Source: a virus
IMG/VR virus record: IMGVR_UViG_3300042090_002370
Location: 32,001 to 96,000 of that record
Length of the DNA: 64,000 bases
Direction: 5' to 3' (one strand)
The position numbers were made by a program, and so were the translations under genes. Below are positions 60,163 through 64,000 of this stretch, in pieces. The stretch's first letter is position 1. Each line of letters begins with the position of its first letter. Below the pieces are notes generated by a model that did no database searches, was not told the origin of the DNA, and saw only the letters and a list, made by a program, of their open reading frames with translations.

Positions 60163-62151
60163 ATGACACAGCCGCTCTTCTTCCAGCCTGAGGTGACCTT
60201 CGAAAAGACGGCAGCAGAAGTCATGCTTCCAGAGGACGCGAATCAGTGGCCTGAAGAGTTGATGCAGGAGCTCTACAAGCAGGTGCCTTATGCAGCGGAC
60301 TTCGAGCCGCATGTTGTTATGGATCGTGTCGATGCGGAGCGCGGTTACGCCTTTGGTCACATAGAAATTCAGAATAAAACCGAGGTCCAGCACGGAGCTC
60401 CTCCTGATGCAACTGCTGCCGCGGGCATCAAGAACGCGCGTATCCCCGTCATCATCAAAGACCTACGCCTACAGCCGCTCGACCTCCTCGTCACCGATGA
60501 CTCGAAGGTTCTACCGCTCACCGAGCCGCGTCTGCGTCAGGCCATCTTCCGCCCGCAGGCCTTCGATATCACGGGGCGCGGCCCCGGCGACATGTCGATG
60601 ATTGGGCAGCTCTACCCACCGTACCGTCAGAATTATGGCTTCGGTGGCGGCGGCGCGACGATGAATGTAGGAATGGGTAAGGAGGGGGGTGTTCTCTCTG
60701 CCATCCTCCCGACCATCCGCGAGCATGACTACAACGCCTTCTTTGCCAAGTTCGCGCACGACCGCGGCCTGCAGGCGCAGTACGTCGCTAATCATGGCGG
60801 TACGGCAGCGGCGTTGGATACGCTCTCGAGGTACGAGCCAGTCAGCCCAGTCAAGCTAGCGGAGGCGGCACTCAGTCACATTAAGCCGTCCGTCGTGCAG
60901 CTGCGTAAGGAGGCAGAGGGCTATACGCTTAAGACCGCTTCGTACGCCTGCTGGATGCCTATCGAGAGCCATCTCGACCGCGGGGAAGCAGTGCGCCTGC
61001 TCGGACCGAAAGTTGTGCTCGCGGCCGACCAGACCGGGTCCACGACCATGTCAGTGGGCGACGGCTCGAATGAGGAGGCCATGCAGAGCCCCGGCGGCGA
61101 AGCTCAGATGATCACCGAGTACGGCATCTACCAAGTGCAGGACGAGAAGGGTAACCACCTTATCGGCTTCGTCTTCCCGAACCTCATCGACCTCGACGGC
61201 AAGCCGCTGCCCATAGCGCTCTTCACGAACGGCAGTCAGATGGCGGTGCAGAGCGACATCGCCGGCATCCCCGTCGGTGAGGGCGTGAGCCTCTTTGAGG
61301 GGCAGCCTGGGGGTATGGGGGTCTTCTACAAGGATTCGCAGGCGACGCTCCCCATGACCGTCAAGGCGACCATGGCATCCCCTGAGGAGGGTGGTGTCAT
61401 CCTACACGCCGAGACCTTCGATGGGCGTGGCATGCAGGTCATGGTGCAGCCGAACATTGAACAGCCTACCCCAGGCCCAGATGGGGAGTTCCTCATCCCC
61501 GACTCCTGGTCCTGGCTCCCGCTCGACACCTCGGAGAAAACTGCCCTCGTCAGCACCCCCGAGGACATGGGCAAGGAGGGCGAGGCCCTGCGGTCGCTGA
61601 CGGCAGTGACGCTGCGCTGCGGTGGGGACTGCTTCTCAATTGACGGCTTTGCTGTGGAGAAACTGGCGTCTGACGCCAAGTCGTTCCTCTCCCTCGACGA
61701 GACGATGTTCGTCCTGGCCGGGCTCGGCGCCAACCTCGACTACGCCCAGAAGAAGATGGGCGAGGCCGCGGCGCTGCACCGCCCAGCGAGCGTTATCGTC
61801 AACAGGGAAATCAAGACGGCGTCGTCGGCGCTCCTCGATTCTCGCAAGGAAGCGATGCGCGTCCTCAGTGACATGCCGGACTTGCGCAGGGATCTCGTGA
61901 AGGAAGCTGCGGTCATACCCGACCCCGCGGCCGTAGACACTGTGCTCTCTCTCGGCTTCCTCAATCCTGAAAACCTAGGAACCTTCATCAGCTCCATGCC
62001 GGAAATAGACGCCTCGCAATTGAAGATGTGCGACCTCCTTCTGGCTGCGCGTCTGGGGCTTGCTGAGGTACCGGCCCCAGCGTTGGAGACGGCTATCCGT
62101 GCTACGGAGGAAGTCCTTGAGGGCTTGAAGGTGCTCGCGTTTCAGAAGTAG
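60163..62151 (+). CDS. Putative head / internal virion protein, K-x-A rich
   Basis: Likely start MTQPLFF; 11 of 29 Lys are in K-x-A and 3 more in K-x-G. Confidence 0.6.
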   Translation: MTQPLFFQPEVTFEKTAAEVMLPEDANQWPEELMQELYKQVPYAADFEPHVVMDRVDAERGYAFGHIEIQNKTEVQHGAPPDATAAAGIKNARIPVIIKDLRLQPLDLLVTDDSKVLPLTEPRLRQAIFRPQAFDITGRGPGDMSMIGQLYPPYRQNYGFGGGGATMNVGMGKEGGVLSAILPTIREHDYNAFFAKFAHDRGLQAQYVANHGGTAAALDTLSRYEPVSPVKLAEAALSHIKPSVVQLRKEAEGYTLKTASYACWMPIESHLDRGEAVRLLGPKVVLAADQTGSTTMSVGDGSNEEAMQSPGGEAQMITEYGIYQVQDEKGNHLIGFVFPNLIDLDGKPLPIALFTNGSQMAVQSDIAGIPVGEGVSLFEGQPGGMGVFYKDSQATLPMTVKATMASPEEGGVILHAETFDGRGMQVMVQPNIEQPTPGPDGEFLIPDSWSWLPLDTSEKTALVSTPEDMGKEGEALRSLTAVTLRCGGDCFSIDGFAVEKLASDAKSFLSLDETMFVLAGLGANLDYAQKKMGEAAALHRPASVIVNREIKTASSALLDSRKEAMRVLSDMPDLRRDLVKEAAVIPDPAAVDTVLSLGFLNPENLGTFISSMPEIDASQLKMCDLLLAARLGLAEVPAPALETAIRATEEVLEGLKVLAFQK

Positions 62152-62193
62152 TCTAGACCCGCTTGCGGTAGTGTTGTACCCTCGTGCGAGGCG

Positions 62194-63168
62194 ATGCGTC
62201 TTCGTAGCCCGGCAGAGCACTACATCAAATACCTGATTCTGGCCAACAGGCAGAATACAAACGATGTTATCAAGGAGCGGCTCAACGACGAGCGGCTCGA
62301 TTACATCTCGGACAGGTACCTAGACAAGGTGAGGGCAGCACTGAAGCCGCCTGCGCCTTTTCAGCCCATGGATATTGGGCACGTGAAGTCCTTCAAGTTC
62401 ATCAACGAGGAGCGGGTCAACAGCCTCTTTCATCCCACTGCGGCGATGAAGATGGCCAAGCGAATATTGGAGGTTCCGCGGGCCAAAGAGTTTGTGGAGA
62501 CGATGATCCTTGTCCACGTACCGCTGTCGGCTATCGCGGCCTATGTTACGCAGCACCGAAAAGTCTATTGTACAGCCGAGGCAGTGCAGCTCTACCAGCA
62601 CTACTTCTGGAACATCGATCTGCTTGATACCGCTGAGATGCGCATTCTCTTTGCGCTTCGATTCGAACAGGCGGGAGAGCGCGACCCAGATCTCAAGGAT
62701 CGCAAGAAGTTGTTGACGACGGCCTACTACAAGGATGCGCGCAAGCTAGCAGCCGACCTGCCGTACTCCCCAATGTCTGCGACCCTGGCCCAGATGCGGC
62801 TCGGTGTAAGCCTGAACCGTGGTGAGCTGTCTACGCGGATGATGGAGGCTCGAGACATCGCCGTTGCACGCGCCATTGAGGCAGTTCAGCAAGATGGTCC
62901 TGGAGACCATATGAAGTTCTTGAATTACATCAACGGGGGCAGGATAATCGAGGAGATGCTGCAGATGATCGCGAAGCCAGCGGATCACCTGCAGGAGCTG
63001 CAGAAGAAGATTGCGTTGCGCACAGAGACGCGCAAAATGCTGACTGTTCACGAGCTAAGCGGTGGTCACCACACAGTGGAGATGGCCCCCATTGAGGACG
63101 CCCATGAAGGAACAGGACAAGATCTCGTCGGACAAGGTGATCTCAGCGGTTCAGGACTCCCCGGCTGA
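62194..63168 (+). CDS. Hypothetical helical protein
   Basis: 324 aa; TAGACC-17-TACCCT upstream. Confidence 0.7.
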   Translation: MRLRSPAEHYIKYLILANRQNTNDVIKERLNDERLDYISDRYLDKVRAALKPPAPFQPMDIGHVKSFKFINEERVNSLFHPTAAMKMAKRILEVPRAKEFVETMILVHVPLSAIAAYVTQHRKVYCTAEAVQLYQHYFWNIDLLDTAEMRILFALRFEQAGERDPDLKDRKKLLTTAYYKDARKLAADLPYSPMSATLAQMRLGVSLNRGELSTRMMEARDIAVARAIEAVQQDGPGDHMKFLNYINGGRIIEEMLQMIAKPADHLQELQKKIALRTETRKMLTVHELSGGHHTVEMAPIEDAHEGTGQDLVGQGDLSGSGLPG

Positions 63169-63526
63169 GCTGCCGGTCCTGCCGCTGTCATTCATTCAGG
63201 TCAATGACTACACGACGTTCCGCGCTGAGTTCGCCATTACCGAAGGCGACATCGTCTACCACTTCTTCATAACCGCGGAGATCAATGGTCTAGTGAATCC
63301 GCGTCGATACTGGGACGAGCTCTTCCCGAGCAAGTTACAAGATGTCGCGCGGGAGTACTTCAAGGCAGACTTTCCGCGTCTTCAGGCGCAGTACATTCCG
63401 GAGATGGCATCCTGGTGGTTTCGTGCAAAGGGTTATGGAGCCAAGCTCGACCCGCACCGGTTCTCTTACCGGTTCTTTGACTTGTTCGATGAAGCGCTCG
63501 AAGGTGAGATGGCCAAAGCAACGTGA
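63104..63526 (+). CDS. Hypothetical protein
   Basis: GAGG RBS before ATG 63104; aromatic-rich (SWWFRAKG). Confidence 0.65.
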   Translation: MKEQDKISSDKVISAVQDSPAELPVLPLSFIQVNDYTTFRAEFAITEGDIVYHFFITAEINGLVNPRRYWDELFPSKLQDVAREYFKADFPRLQAQYIPEMASWWFRAKGYGAKLDPHRFSYRFFDLFDEALEGEMAKAT

Positions 63527-63774
63527 CCCTTCTTGAGCGCCAGTCTTGTGATCTTCCAGCCGCTCTCCTTGGCGTACTCCCTCATCAGGGACGTCAGCGA
63601 GCTCCACACGGACGGCATGAGATTGCCAGGCGCGAGTTGTAGTGAGCACTCGTAGGACGCGTCTTTGGGTATGCACCGAGCATTGGATGTGAACACTGGA
63701 CCGGCGGCCTGTACACAACTCCACATGTTGTTGAGCAGCTCCTGCGCGTCTGCGGTCTCTGTCGGTGGAAACAC
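63466..63774 (-). CDS. Hypothetical protein
   Basis: Protein-like 102-aa ORF filling the gap; overlaps the convergent gene by about 60 nt. Confidence 0.4.
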   Translation of the reverse strand: MFPPTETADAQELLNNMWSCVQAAGPVFTSNARCIPKDASYECSLQLAPGNLMPSVWSSLTSLMREYAKESGWKITRLALKKGHVALAISPSSASSNKSKNR

Positions 63775-63782
63775 GTGAGCCT

Positions 63783-64000
63783 ATGACTATCTATCATCAC
63801 TACGGACCCAACGGCTACCAGGAGCTGGATAGCGAAGACGAACCGGAGCTCAGCGACGACGCGCTCCGAGCGGCCTACGATTGGATGAACGCGCCGGAGT
63901 CCTTCGCGGACTTCAGTCTAGTTGACGAGGCCTATGTAGAGGACGGCGACATCCCACCTATCCTGCCTTCGGAATTTACCGAGTTCGCCTTCCGGATGCC
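63783..64000 (+). CDS. N-terminus of a gene truncated by the window edge (possibly large terminase)
   Basis: Open from ATG 63783 to the end (MTIYHHYG...PSEFTEFAFRMP). The terminase identity is only a guess; no ATPase motif lies inside the window. Confidence 0.35.
   Translation, partial: MTIYHHYGPNGYQELDSEDEPELSDDALRAAYDWMNAPESFADFSLVDEAYVEDGDIPPILPSEFTEFAFRM

Larger units (their letters stand above)
1..64000. mobile_element. Segment of a large tailed bacteriophage genome (virion, replication and RNA polymerase modules)
   Basis: Dense phage-like gene content throughout: baseplate/tail, portal, DNA polymerase, primase, helicase and RecA cluster, phage RNAP. No host genes or integration boundary seen. 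Confidence 0.93.

Noticed and set aside
1-64000. Alternative genetic code, tRNA or rRNA genes, diversity-generating retroelement
   Set aside because: Genes are long and intact under the standard code with all three stops used. No cloverleaf, rRNA, reverse transcriptase or template/variable repeat pair was recognised by eye.

Overview
A 64 kb segment of a large, GC-rich tailed phage genome, probably with a contractile tail. No cellular housekeeping operons, rRNA, tRNA or CRISPR array were seen. The + strand carries virion genes: baseplate wedges, tail fibres/spike, a 20-aa-repeat protein, a holin-like protein, a portal interrupted by a LAGLIDADG intein, putative head proteins rich in K-x-A, and a baseplate spike. 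It also carries a single 2159-aa ORF that fuses bacterial-like RNA polymerase beta and beta'. Non-structural genes lie mostly on the - strand: family A DNA polymerase, primase, DnaB, RecA, SSB, Cas4-like nuclease, RusA, UDG, SF2 helicase and MoxR/VWA. ThyX lies on +. The most striking structure is regulatory. Each of six non-structural transcription units begins with a conserved (C/G)GG(A/G)ATAAG motif (7 intergenic copies) and ends at a hairpin + U-tract + AGCT terminator (6 copies). Several virion-side genes instead have sigma70-like -10 boxes 5-8 nt before the ATG (leaderless). This suggests a two-polymerase programme, with a single-chain, zinc-finger-less phage RNAP using its own promoter and terminator code. 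Two candidate recoding events were also found: -1 at G_GGA_AAA and +1 at CCC_TGA. All functional calls come from motif recognition by eye; no database searches were run.
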